The translations under genes were made by a program, and so were the position numbers. The notes beneath the pieces are model-generated. The model saw only the letters and a list, made by a program, of their open reading frames with translations. It ran no database searches and had not been told where the DNA came from. DNA of 64,000 bases from positions 1,920,001 to 1,984,000 of the forward strand of contig CAVTNB010000001.1 in NCBI GenBank assembly GCA_963736005.1, given 5' to 3'. Position 1 is the stretch's first letter, and each line of letters begins with the position of its first letter. Below, one piece after another: positions 19,963 to 29,186 of this stretch. The stretch is from an uncultured Pseudomonadota bacterium (GTDB lineage: Bacteria > Vulcanimicrobiota > Vulcanimicrobiia > Eremiobacterales > Eremiobacteraceae).

Positions 19963-19991
19963 AATCTAGCACGTTCAATTTCAAAAAGCAA
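19963..19991 (-). promoter_or_regulatory. Putative sigma70 promoter of the zinc-ribbon gene
   Basis: Minus strand TTGCTT-N17-TAGATT with an extended -10 TG. Confidence 0.5.
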
Positions 19992-20036
19992 CCTCGCTGG
20001 GCGGTTGAAGCCTCGCACGAAGCGAAACGCCCGGAC

Positions 20037-21729
20037 ATGAACGTTCGACAGTCTATCTTTTGCTTCTCAACGGCGCGCTGGCTAACCGCCGCCGGCTTGG
20101 CTCTTTTCGCCCTCATGGCAGGGCGACAGCCGGCGTCGGCTTCGGGGCCTGCAGCAGGAAGCCAGGCGCCCATCTTCGCCCTTCGTTCGCTGGCCGGCTC
20201 GCCCTGGACGCTTTCGGATCTTCGGGGTCATGTCGTCGTCGTCAATTTTTTTGCGACGTGGTGCCCGCCGTGCAGAGCCGAAACGCCAGACCTCGTCGCC
20301 ATCGAGCGGCGTTATGCAAGCAAGGGTGTCATCTTCGTCGGCGTTGACGACCGGGAGGACGCCGCTCTCGTTTCCGTCTTTGCAAAAAATAAGGGCATCC
20401 GCTTTCCGATCGTCCTCGATAGTAATGGGGCCGTTGCCCAGACCTACGACGTGCGGGCGATTCCCACCACGTACGTGTTGGATCCTCATCGGAGTGATTC
20501 GTTACGAGCAAGTAGACGAACTCAGCGCCGCGGTCCTCGCGGGCGCCCTCGACGCGGTGATTGCAGGCGCACCGGTGCCCGAGAGCGTCGCCTCGCAGAA
20601 ATTCCATCAGACTGCTAAGGACGCGACGTCCTCCATTCAAAGCGATCTACAAACCGCCAACGCGTCTCCCCCCAATCCGCAAGCACTGACGTCAGCAATC
20701 AACACTGGGGTCGCCGCAAATAAGAAATTGGATGACATGCTCTCGGCGCCGGACAGCAATTCGATTGTCTATTTTGATGCAGCCGCGACGCGCGACGCAC
20801 TGAACTCTGTTCTCGCCAACGCTTATACGGCGCGGGCCGGTATCGCCAATTCATCCACTACGGTTTCAGACGAGGTCGAGGCGGCGTTGCTTCGCGGGCA
20901 AGTGCAAAGCGACCAAGAGCACTTCGCAGAAGCGCTCGCCCAATACGAGACCGCCGTACAGCTCGCTCCTAAGGACACGCGCGGCTACGACGGCGCTTAT
21001 TTGGCTGCCTACGAGCAAAAGCTCTATACCAAAGCAGCGCAGATTGCCGACGCGGAAGCGCTGCTCGTGCCGGACGATCCCGAAAGTTGGCTCACCGTCG
21101 CTTCGGCGCAGAACTCGCTGAAGAACTATCCAAAAGCGCTTGAAGCAGAACGCAAGGCACTGGCCTTGGCATCGCAGGCTTACGCGAAGAGTCCCGTATC
21201 GAAGCCAGCCGCGTACGAGCTTGGTCGCGTGTGGCTTAAAACAGCGAGAACGCAGTTGCTTGCCGGCAATCGAGCGGCAGCGCGCCCGCTCCTCATCCAG
21301 GCGCAGGCAGCTGCTCCGGCAACGATCGTGGAGCAGCAGGCGAGCGAGCAGTTCGCGGCACTGGCGCCGGCGCAAATTGCAATTGAAAAGACTGAAGCGA
21401 TGACCGCTCTTGGCGCCAATGCGGCGCCCGCAAAGGTGTATGTCCTCGTTCGCAACCCCTCTTCGCAGTCGCAGACGGTCAATCTCAAAGCGACCGGCTT
21501 GCCCCCGAAGTGGCTCGTTTCGTTCTGTTACAGCACTGTCTGCAATCCGTATAAAGTATCTTTCGGATTACCGGCAGGCGGCTCAAAGCGAATCGAACTC
21601 CTCGTGGCACCCCTTGGCGAAACCAACGGGCCCTGGCGAATGAGCGTCAGTGCATCGGGCGCTGCCACAGCGCAGGTTCACCTGGACGCAAGTACCGCGA
21701 AAGCGGCCATAACGATCAGCGCGACCTAG
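20037..21729 (+). CDS. TlpA-family thiol-disulfide oxidoreductase fused to TPR repeats and a C-terminal beta domain; frameshift near 20490
   Basis: Signal peptide, NFFATWCPPCRAE and IPTTYVLDP in one frame; GVIRYEQV... plus TPR-like helices in the next frame. One extra base at GATCCTCATCGGAGTG. Confidence 0.8.
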
Positions 21730-21730
21730 G

Positions 21731-21817
21731 GTAGCAGCGGACCCTTCGGGCCCGCGTGTGGGGCGATTTACCAATCGCTCCCTACGCAGGCATGGCGACT
21801 TGACAGTCGCCCACTCC
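21731..21817. repeat. REP mosaic (B, inverted D, inverted A)
   Basis: GTAGCAGCGGACCC-TTCG-GGCCCGC; GGGCGATT-TACC-AATCGCTCCCTAC; GGCGACT-TGAC-AGTCGCC. Confidence 0.8.
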
Positions 21818-21884
21818 AGCCTCTCCGGCAGCGTGGAGCCCAGAATCCATTAGGGGTCGAGCGTATGTTCGACCTCAATTTCCC

Positions 21885-21945
21885 TTGCAAATAAACCGAT
21901 GGTTCGGTATAGTGGGGCAAAGTGGTTCTTAGTGGGGCTCAGTGG
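21885..21945 (+). promoter_or_regulatory. dcw promoter with MraZ-binding direct repeats
   Basis: TTGCAA-N17-TATAGT; AGTGG repeats at 21911, 21921, 21931 and 21941 (10-bp period). Confidence 0.85.
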
Positions 21946-21952
21946 CTAACTG

Positions 21953-22393
21953 ATGTCGGCATTTCCCAAGTTCACGGGACAATTCGAACATTCCCTAGAC
22001 GAGAAGGGCCGGTTAACCATTCCTGCCCGCATGCGGGCGCGCCTGGGCGACCATTTCGTGCTGACCATCGCGCCTCCTGAACCCTGCCTTGCCATGTATC
22101 CGGAACTAACCTGGTCGGAGTTCTGCAGCAAACTTGAAAGTGCGCCGCGCAAGGACGCTGCGTATCGTGCGTTCGTGCGGCATCTGTTCGCTCATACCGA
22201 GGAAATCTCACTCGACAGCCAAGGGCGCTTGCTGCTTCCTAGCACCTTGCGCGAGATGGCTGCGATCAAGAGAGACGCGGTCCTGGTTGGCACCCTAACG
22301 CGGGTTGAAATCTGGGCGGCGGAGACATGGCGCTCCATGGCAGCACCACCGGAGAACATGGCGGACCTTATGACCGAGCTTGGGCTCTACTAG
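21953..22393 (+). CDS. mraZ: Division/cell wall cluster repressor MraZ
   Basis: FTGQFEHSLDEKGRLTIPA, LDSQGRLLLP, RVEIW. Confidence 0.97.
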   Translation: MSAFPKFTGQFEHSLDEKGRLTIPARMRARLGDHFVLTIAPPEPCLAMYPELTWSEFCSKLESAPRKDAAYRAFVRHLFAHTEEISLDSQGRLLLPSTLREMAAIKRDAVLVGTLTRVEIWAAETWRSMAAPPENMADLMTELGLY

Positions 22394-23315
22394 CCATGAG
22401 CCGGTCATGCTCGAGGAGTGCTTGACCGTGTTAACATCCGCGGGCGAAGGCGCGCAGCAAAAAGTTTTTGTCGACGCGACGTTTGGCGCCGGAGGTCACG
22501 CAAGCGCATTGCTCGATGCCGTTGCGAAGAGCGTGGTGGTCGCAATCGATGCGGATCCCAAAGCAGTCGATCGAGCGAAACGTCTTGCCCGCAGGTATCC
22601 CGGACGGGTCATTGCGCAACACGCCAATTTCGGCGAACTCGATGCCGCACTCGATGCCGCAGGCGTGCGCAAGGTTGACGGCATTCTCTACGATCTGGGG
22701 CTCTCGTCGTTGCAGTTAGCGCAGCCAGAGCGCGGCTTTTCCTTTAGCGGCGACGAGCCATTGGACATGCGTCTCGATCCCTCATCAGATGTGCCCACCG
22801 CTGCGGATCTTCTCGAGCGCTTACCGCAAAGCGAATTAGAGTTGATCCTGCGGGAATACGGAGACGAACGTTTCGCGCGCTCGATAGCCCGCTCCATCGT
22901 GCGGCGTCGTCCACGCACGAAGATATGGCGTACGAGCGATCTCGTGGCCGCCGTTGTGCGGGCACTCCCTGCCAAGCGAGCGCACCAGCGCATCCATCCT
23001 GCCACTCGGACTTTTCAAGCGCTGCGCATTGCAGTGAATCAAGAATATCGCAATCTCGAGCGCAGTTTGGAGAGCGCAGTCCGTCGGCTAGGTCCGAACG
23101 GACGTGTCGTCGTCATCAGCTTTCATTCCGGCGAGGATCGCATCGTCAAACGGCGCTTCAAAGCGTTCCAAGAGTTGGGTCTCGCGCGCGTCTTGACCCG
23201 CAAGCCGCTACGCCCAAGCGCCGCAGAAATCGCGGCAAATCCGCGCAGCCGCAGCGCGAAACTGCGCGCGATCGCAACAGAAGACACCACAACAGCGAGG
23301 AGCATCACCGCATGA
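22380..23315 (+). CDS. rsmH: 16S rRNA m4C1402 methyltransferase
   Basis: HEPVML, VDATFGAGGHA, DLGLSSLQL, PLDMR, FQALRIAVN, SFHSGEDR, NPRSRSAKLR. Confidence 0.97.
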   Translation: MGSTSHEPVMLEECLTVLTSAGEGAQQKVFVDATFGAGGHASALLDAVAKSVVVAIDADPKAVDRAKRLARRYPGRVIAQHANFGELDAALDAAGVRKVDGILYDLGLSSLQLAQPERGFSFSGDEPLDMRLDPSSDVPTAADLLERLPQSELELILREYGDERFARSIARSIVRRRPRTKIWRTSDLVAAVVRALPAKRAHQRIHPATRTFQALRIAVNQEYRNLERSLESAVRRLGPNGRVVVISFHSGEDRIVKRRFKAFQELGLARVLTRKPLRPSAAEIAANPRSRSAKLRAIATEDTTTARSITA

Positions 23316-23746
23316 GTGCCCCAGCATACGCCTACAAGCCGCAGCTCGAACCAACGATCGATCCGCGAGATTCGGATTCGCGTCGGCGCCGGCGGCGCAT
23401 TGTGAAGGCCGCAGATTTTGCCCGCACGCTGACCTGGTGCATTATTCCGCTCGTGCTCGTTCTTCTCTACGTTGGCTTGATGGCAAGTCTCACGTCGCAG
23501 ACCTATCGCCTGTCCCTCGATCAGCGATTGCATGCATCCTTGGTCGAACGCAACAACGCACTCCACAGTCGCGAAGCACAGCTCGAGTCAGTCGAAAGCC
23601 TGCAGGCCGCCGCACGCAAGCTGCACATGAGCGAGCCCAAAAAAATCGCCTTCATTTATTCACCGGCAGCAGCTCAACCAACCCCGCGGCGACTCGCCCT
23701 CTTCGTTCAAATCCTTGGCGTCACGCGCTGGCTTGGCGTCCGGTAG
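23312..23746 (+). CDS. ftsL: FtsL-like cell division protein
   Basis: Basic N-terminus, single TM, coiled coil and AARKLHM; lies between rsmH and the PBP gene. Confidence 0.7.
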   Translation: MSAPAYAYKPQLEPTIDPRDSDSRRRRRRIVKAADFARTLTWCIIPLVLVLLYVGLMASLTSQTYRLSLDQRLHASLVERNNALHSREAQLESVESLQAAARKLHMSEPKKIAFIYSPAAAQPTPRRLALFVQILGVTRWLGVR

Positions 23747-25580
23747 GCGCCGCACTGCTGCGCGTGGCACCAAGCGCAGCGCGAGGTTAAAAGACCAAGA
23801 GCGCTCTCGCTTGGGGATTCGCTCTTTCGTTGTCTTCTGGGTCTTTTTTGCGTTGAGCGCACTGCTCGTCACGCGCCTTTATATCGTGCAGATACGAGAG
23901 GGCGCGGGTTTGGCGGCGAATGCCAGCGAGGAACAGGAGGTCACCTTCCCGGTCAACCCGCACCGCGGGGACATCGTGGACCGCTTTGGCATCGTCTTCG
24001 CGACAACGCTTCCTTCCTATTATGTGTCTGCCCGGCCCAACGCATTGTCACACCCGGATAGCGAGGCTGCCGAACTGGCACCCATTCTCAGCATCAGTCC
24101 CCTCCAGATCGAACGAGCGATGCGCAGCAAGCAACCGTTTGTCTATCTGGCACGCAACGTGCCAAAAGCAGTCGCCAGTAGAGTAGGAACGCTCAATCTT
24201 GCGGGCGTTGGTGTCGACGAAGAACCGATGGGTCGCCGCGTCGCCCCGCAAGCCGAAGTTGGTTCGACCGTCATTGGTTTCACAGGGGTCGACGATCAGG
24301 GTCTGGCCGGCGTTGAGTATGAATTCAACGGCGAGCTTGCGGGGCGTGAGGGAAGCGTTACCGAGGAGACCGATGCCGCGGGCCGCCCCATTCCGTTTGG
24401 GAAGCGCATCGTGCACCAGGCAGCGTCCGGTGACACGGTTGTCTTGACGATCGATCGAACGCTGCAGTTTGACGCCGACCAGATCTTGCACGCCACGGTG
24501 CAGCGGTATCACGCGCAAGGCGGATCGATCGTGGTCATGCGCGCCCGAACCGGCGAAATTTTGGCGCTTGCGAACGCACCTGATTTCGATCCCAACCACT
24601 ACGACCGCTCCCCCGCAGCTGCGTGGCGAAATCAAGCCGTCACGGATCCGTACGAACCGGGTTCAACGTTCAAGCTCATTACGGCAACCGCAGCGCTGGA
24701 TTCAGGAAAAGTTTCGCTTCAAGACACCTTTCCAGCGCTCAACGAACTACGCATTGGCGGGCGCGTGATCCACAATGCCGACGACGGGCTGATGGCATCC
24801 GGCCATAGTTCGGAAACCGTCGACGACATCGTGACATTTTCGCACAATGTTGGCGCGGCGCAAATTGCTCTACGCATCGGCAAGCAAACGATGTACGATT
24901 ACATTCGGCGCTTCGGCTTTGACGACGCGACAGACATCAACTTGCCCGGTGAGAGCACGGGCATCGTCGGAACTCCCGATGACTGGTGGGGTTCGCGCCT
25001 CGCGACGATAGGTTTCGGACAGGGTGTCTCCGTAACGCCGCTGGCGCTAGCGCGCGCGTATGCGGTTATCGCGAACGGCGGCGAGCTCATGCGTCCACTG
25101 CTGGTGCGATACGTGGTTTCGACCGATGGTCACATTGTTAAAGCGTTCGATCCGATCGTTGTGCGTCGCGTCATGTCGCCGCAAACCGCCGCGAGCTTGC
25201 TGACCATCCTGCGCGATGTCGTGCGGCGCGGCACCGGCAGAGGTTTGTCGCTGCCCGGGTACGCGATCGCGGGCAAGACCGGCACTGCACAAATGGTGAT
25301 CGACGGCAACTACGTCATGGGCGCGTACACCGCTTCCTTTATAGGCATCGTGCCGGCCGACAAACCCCAATATGTCATCCTCGTGAAGATCGATCGTCCG
25401 CAAGGCGCGTACTATGGCAGCATTGTCGCTGGCCCAGCCTTCCGCGCTCTCGCGAGCAAGGTCTTATGGCGAGAAGGCGTGTTGCCACGGCACGCGGCGG
25501 CAGCTCTCGACACATTGCCGAGTCGAGCCGCGGGTTCGGCGGCGGGAGACGCAGCAGGCGAGACGAGAAATCAACTCTGA
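23715..25580 (+). CDS. ftsI: Class B penicillin-binding protein (FtsI/PBP2 family)
   Basis: RGDIVDR, EPGSTFK (SxxK), SHN (SxN), GKTGTAQ. Confidence 0.92.
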   Translation: MASRAGLASGRRRTAARGTKRSARLKDQERSRLGIRSFVVFWVFFALSALLVTRLYIVQIREGAGLAANASEEQEVTFPVNPHRGDIVDRFGIVFATTLPSYYVSARPNALSHPDSEAAELAPILSISPLQIERAMRSKQPFVYLARNVPKAVASRVGTLNLAGVGVDEEPMGRRVAPQAEVGSTVIGFTGVDDQGLAGVEYEFNGELAGREGSVTEETDAAGRPIPFGKRIVHQAASGDTVVLTIDRTLQFDADQILHATVQRYHAQGGSIVVMRARTGEILALANAPDFDPNHYDRSPAAAWRNQAVTDPYEPGSTFKLITATAALDSGKVSLQDTFPALNELRIGGRVIHNADDGLMASGHSSETVDDIVTFSHNVGAAQIALRIGKQTMYDYIRRFGFDDATDINLPGESTGIVGTPDDWWGSRLATIGFGQGVSVTPLALARAYAVIANGGELMRPLLVRYVVSTDGHIVKAFDPIVVRRVMSPQTAASLLTILRDVVRRGTGRGLSLPGYAIAGKTGTAQMVIDGNYVMGAYTASFIGIVPADKPQYVILVKIDRPQGAYYGSIVAGPAFRALASKVLWREGVLPRHAAAALDTLPSRAAGSAAGDAAGETRNQL

Positions 25581-27082
25581 TGCAGCCTGTCATAGCGCAA
25601 CCCCTCGAACGCCTCTTCGAGGGGATGCCGGTAACGATCAAGGGAGATGCGAGGCTGACGATCACCTCGCTTGCGACTGATTCGCGCCAGGTGCGGCCTG
25701 GCGCGCTGTTTTTCTGCTTGCGCGGCGAGCGCGCCGACGGCCACGCGTTTGCGCAGGCTGCGCTCGACGCTGGCGCTCTCGGCATCGTCGCCGACCACGA
25801 TCTTTGCGCAGCGAGCGCGACGCGCGTCATCGTGACAGACCCACTCGCCGCGCTCTCCAAAGTTGCAGCGCGGTTTTATCGCGATCCAAGTTCCAGCTTG
25901 ACCATGGTTGGCGTCACGGGAACGAATGGGAAGACCACGACAACGTATTTTATTGAAGCGATCGCGCGCGCAGCAGGCGAGAGCTTTGGGGTCATTGGAA
26001 CGCTCGGCGCGCGGCTGGGTCAGACGCCGGTTGAGGACCTTGCCAACACGACCCCGTTCGCGCATGATGTCCAGCGGCTGTTGGCAGGTTTCCGAGATGC
26101 CGGCGCGCGGGGTGCGGTTCTTGAAGTCTCAAGTCATGCTTTGGATTTGCACCGAGTCGACGACGTCAAGTTCGACGTTGCCGTTCTGACGAATCTGACC
26201 CAGGATCACCTGGACTTTCATCGCAGCTTCGATGATTATCGCACAGCCAAGCGTAAGCTCTTCGCCGCCTCGATGGGTAAAGGCGGCGCTCGTCCAGTCG
26301 CCGTTCTCAACCTCGATGACGCCGAGGGGCGCGCACTCGCCCGCAGTTTGCAATCCGAGCGCCAGGGGCGCTGCCTGACCTACGGCGTCAACAACCGCGA
26401 TGCATTGATCGATGCGACCGATGTAACGATGGGCCCATCTAGTTCGCGCTTTTGGGTGCGCGGTCTGCGACCGGCTCCCTTTACTATCCGCCTGCCAGGC
26501 GCATTCAACGTTGCAAATGCGGTCTGCGCGCTTGCAACCGCGACGGCTCTCGATATCGACGTCGAAGCAATCGCCGAAGGACTCGAGTCGCTTGAAGAGG
26601 TGCCCGGCCGGATGATTGCGATTCCGGCGGGCGAGGTCGCCGTCTACATTGACTACGCACACACGCCCGACGGCATGGAGCAGATCCTGCGCGCCGCTCG
26701 CACGCTCACGAAGGGAAGGATTGTGTGCGTTTTCGGCTGCGGAGGAAATCGGGATGCGTCCAAGCGGCCTGCCATGGGCCGCATCGCGCAAGAGCTTGCG
26801 GATTATGTCATACTGACCACCGATAATCCGCGTCACGAAGAGCCTAGAGCAATCATCGACGACATCCTGGCTGGGATGGACGCTGGTGCAGGCCGTCACG
26901 AGGTGGTCGTCGATCGCACCGCCGCGATCGCGCGCGCGGTTGAGCTTGCTCGTGCCAGTGATTCTGTGGTCATCGCGGGCAAGGGTCACGAGAACTATCA
27001 AATCTTTGGTGACGAACGTCGACCATTTTCGGATGCCATCGCAGCGCGCGCTGCGATCGCGAAGAAGGAAGCAGTGCGATGA
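25580..27082 (+). CDS. murE: UDP-MurNAc-tripeptide synthetase, meso-DAP type
   Basis: GVTGTNGKTT, EVSSH, DYAHTPD, DNPR (DAP-specific motif), AGKGHENYQ. Confidence 0.97.
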   Translation: MQPVIAQPLERLFEGMPVTIKGDARLTITSLATDSRQVRPGALFFCLRGERADGHAFAQAALDAGALGIVADHDLCAASATRVIVTDPLAALSKVAARFYRDPSSSLTMVGVTGTNGKTTTTYFIEAIARAAGESFGVIGTLGARLGQTPVEDLANTTPFAHDVQRLLAGFRDAGARGAVLEVSSHALDLHRVDDVKFDVAVLTNLTQDHLDFHRSFDDYRTAKRKLFAASMGKGGARPVAVLNLDDAEGRALARSLQSERQGRCLTYGVNNRDALIDATDVTMGPSSSRFWVRGLRPAPFTIRLPGAFNVANAVCALATATALDIDVEAIAEGLESLEEVPGRMIAIPAGEVAVYIDYAHTPDGMEQILRAARTLTKGRIVCVFGCGGNRDASKRPAMGRIAQELADYVILTTDNPRHEEPRAIIDDILAGMDAGAGRHEVVVDRTAAIARAVELARASDSVVIAGKGHENYQIFGDERRPFSDAIAARAAIAKKEAVR

Positions 27083-28473
27083 GTCTTTCCTTCGCACGCT
27101 TTCTGGAAAAAAGCGGCGGGCGAGTACTCGCAGATGCCGCCTCGCTGCCGGCTCAGTTTCGACCAAGCACCGACTCGCGCACGCTCGCGTCCGGGGAAAC
27201 CTTCGTGTGCCTGCGCGGTCCCAATTTCGACGGCCACGACTACATCGCGCAAGCGATCTCCCGCGGAGCAGCCGCGATCCTTATCGACGACGACAGCAAG
27301 GTATCCCGCCCCGAGCGCGTCCCCGTCGTGCGCGTCGGCGACGTGAAGGAAGCCTATCTCATTGGTGCGACGACTGCGCGCCGTGCGTTTGCCGGTCAGG
27401 TCATCGCGATCACGGGGAGCAACGGCAAGACGACGACCAAGGAATTTGCCGCCCAGATCATCGGCGCGCAGCGGCGCGTCCTCGCGACGCCGCAAAATGA
27501 AAACAACGAGCTGGGCGTCGCCAAATTGTGCTACCAGCTCAACTCCGAGGCAGAGGTTGCGGTGGTTGAATTTGGCGCTCGCCATCCCGGCGAAATTGCG
27601 CAACTCGTCGACATAGCCGCGCCCGACATTGGCGTCCTCACAAACATTGCCGAAGCGCATCTTGAGTTTTTTAGCGATCAAGCAGAGCTCGCGCGAACGA
27701 AATTTGCTATTTTTTCCAAAGGAGCTCGCGCCGTTTGCAATGCTGCCGACGTGTGGTCGCGGATGCTGGCGGCGGAAGCAGGAGTGGATGGCAAGGCGTT
27801 GTGGGTCAGGCTGGTCGGCGATCCAGTCATGTCAGGCATCATGCTCGAGGCGGGCTTGCCCAAGGACGGCCAACTGGCCGTGACCTTTGGTGCATCACAC
27901 GCCTTTGCGGGGTGGCGTCTCGTTGGCGAGCATCACCTACGCGATGCTTTGCAAGCCGCCGGCGCAGCGATTCTCGCGGGCGTCGCATTTGAAGATGCGC
28001 TTGCGCAACTGCAGGGCTTGCGTTTGCCGCCCGGTCGCTTCGAGCTCCACCACGCGCCATCGGGGGCGACGATCGTCTACGATGCTTACAATGCAAGCCC
28101 GAGCTCGATGATGCACGCGTTACGGTCCTTCGCCGAGTTGCCGGCGACGCGGCGTATCGCAGTGCTTGGGAGCATGGCCGAACTCGGCGCACAGGCGGAG
28201 CGGCATCACGAGGCGGTCGGTGCGGCAGCGGTGGACGCGGGCATTGGCATCCTCTATGTCGGCGGACCATTCGCCGCCGCGCTGGCGGGCGGTGCGAAGC
28301 GCGCAGGCATGTCTGCCGAGAACGTGATCGCTTTTGCAAGCAATGACGAAATCGCTGACCGCTTGCGCCGCACGCTTGCCCCAGGCGATTGCGTGTTGCT
28401 CAAAGGGTCGCGCGTGCAAAAGATGGAGGAGATCTTGGCTCGCGTGCTCGGATCGGGAGTCCTCGCCTCGTGA
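27079..28473 (+). CDS. murF: UDP-MurNAc-tripeptide--D-Ala-D-Ala ligase
   Basis: TDSR, ITGSNGKTTTKE, DAYNASP.SM, LGSMAELG, LLKGSR. Confidence 0.97.
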   Translation: MSLSFARFLEKSGGRVLADAASLPAQFRPSTDSRTLASGETFVCLRGPNFDGHDYIAQAISRGAAAILIDDDSKVSRPERVPVVRVGDVKEAYLIGATTARRAFAGQVIAITGSNGKTTTKEFAAQIIGAQRRVLATPQNENNELGVAKLCYQLNSEAEVAVVEFGARHPGEIAQLVDIAAPDIGVLTNIAEAHLEFFSDQAELARTKFAIFSKGARAVCNAADVWSRMLAAEAGVDGKALWVRLVGDPVMSGIMLEAGLPKDGQLAVTFGASHAFAGWRLVGEHHLRDALQAAGAAILAGVAFEDALAQLQGLRLPPGRFELHHAPSGATIVYDAYNASPSSMMHALRSFAELPATRRIAVLGSMAELGAQAERHHEAVGAAAVDAGIGILYVGGPFAAALAGGAKRAGMSAENVIAFASNDEIADRLRRTLAPGDCVLLKGSRVQKMEEILARVLGSGVLAS

Positions 28474-29186
28474 GCCCCACTTCGTTTGTGCTCGACATCG
28501 CGCTCTTGCCGCCGCGCATCGTCGCGCTGCCGGTGCGCACGCCGCTCGTCAAACCTGGAGATGATCTGCCGGCCATGCTGTGCGAGTGCCTGCGTGGCCT
28601 GCTTCGAGGCGACGACATCATCTGCGTTTCCGAAACAGCGGTGGCGATCTCGCAGGGTCGATCGATTCCGGCCGAGGCGATCCGGCCCTCGCGACTCGCG
28701 CGGCTCCTCGCTAGGCGCGCCGGTTCGTACGCGACAGTCAGCCAGCCCGAGTCGATGCAACTTGTTTTGGAGAGTGCGGGGACGCTGCGGGTGTTGGCGG
28801 CGGCAGCCGCAGGCGCTGCCGGGCGGCTCGTTGGGCGACGAGGCGATTTCTACCGCCTCTTGGGATCGGCCGTGGCGGAGATCGATGGTTACACAGGTAC
28901 CATGCCGCCCTACGAACGTCACATCGTGCTGGGTCCCCGCAATCCGCACATCGTTGCCCAAACCATCGCACAAGTCTGCGCCGCTCATGCCTGCATCGTC
29001 GACGCAAACGATTTGGGCAAGGCGGAAGTGCTCGGCGCAAGCGCAGGAGTCCGAACTGAAATCGTGCGCCGCTGTCTGTTGTTGAATCCAGCGGGCAACG
29101 CGGATGAGCAGACACCCGTGGTCGTTTTGAAATATCGACCAGAGCCTGGGTCGCCTGCTCGCTCTCCTTTGCTCGAAACAGCGTGA
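28470..29186 (+). CDS. CofE / F420-0:gamma-glutamyl ligase-like protein of unknown function
   Basis: PVRTPLVKPGDDL, DDIICVSETAVAISQGR, IDGYTG, IVDAND, NPAGNADEQTPVVVL; GTGA overlaps with both murF and mraY. Confidence 0.82.
   Translation: MSPTSFVLDIALLPPRIVALPVRTPLVKPGDDLPAMLCECLRGLLRGDDIICVSETAVAISQGRSIPAEAIRPSRLARLLARRAGSYATVSQPESMQLVLESAGTLRVLAAAAAGAAGRLVGRRGDFYRLLGSAVAEIDGYTGTMPPYERHIVLGPRNPHIVAQTIAQVCAAHACIVDANDLGKAEVLGASAGVRTEIVRRCLLLNPAGNADEQTPVVVLKYRPEPGSPARSPLLETA

Noticed and set aside
20480..20500. Programmed frameshift in the TlpA-TPR gene (also considered for 45141)
   Set aside because: No convincing slippery site with a stimulatory structure; a single-base insertion inside a conserved domain is simpler.
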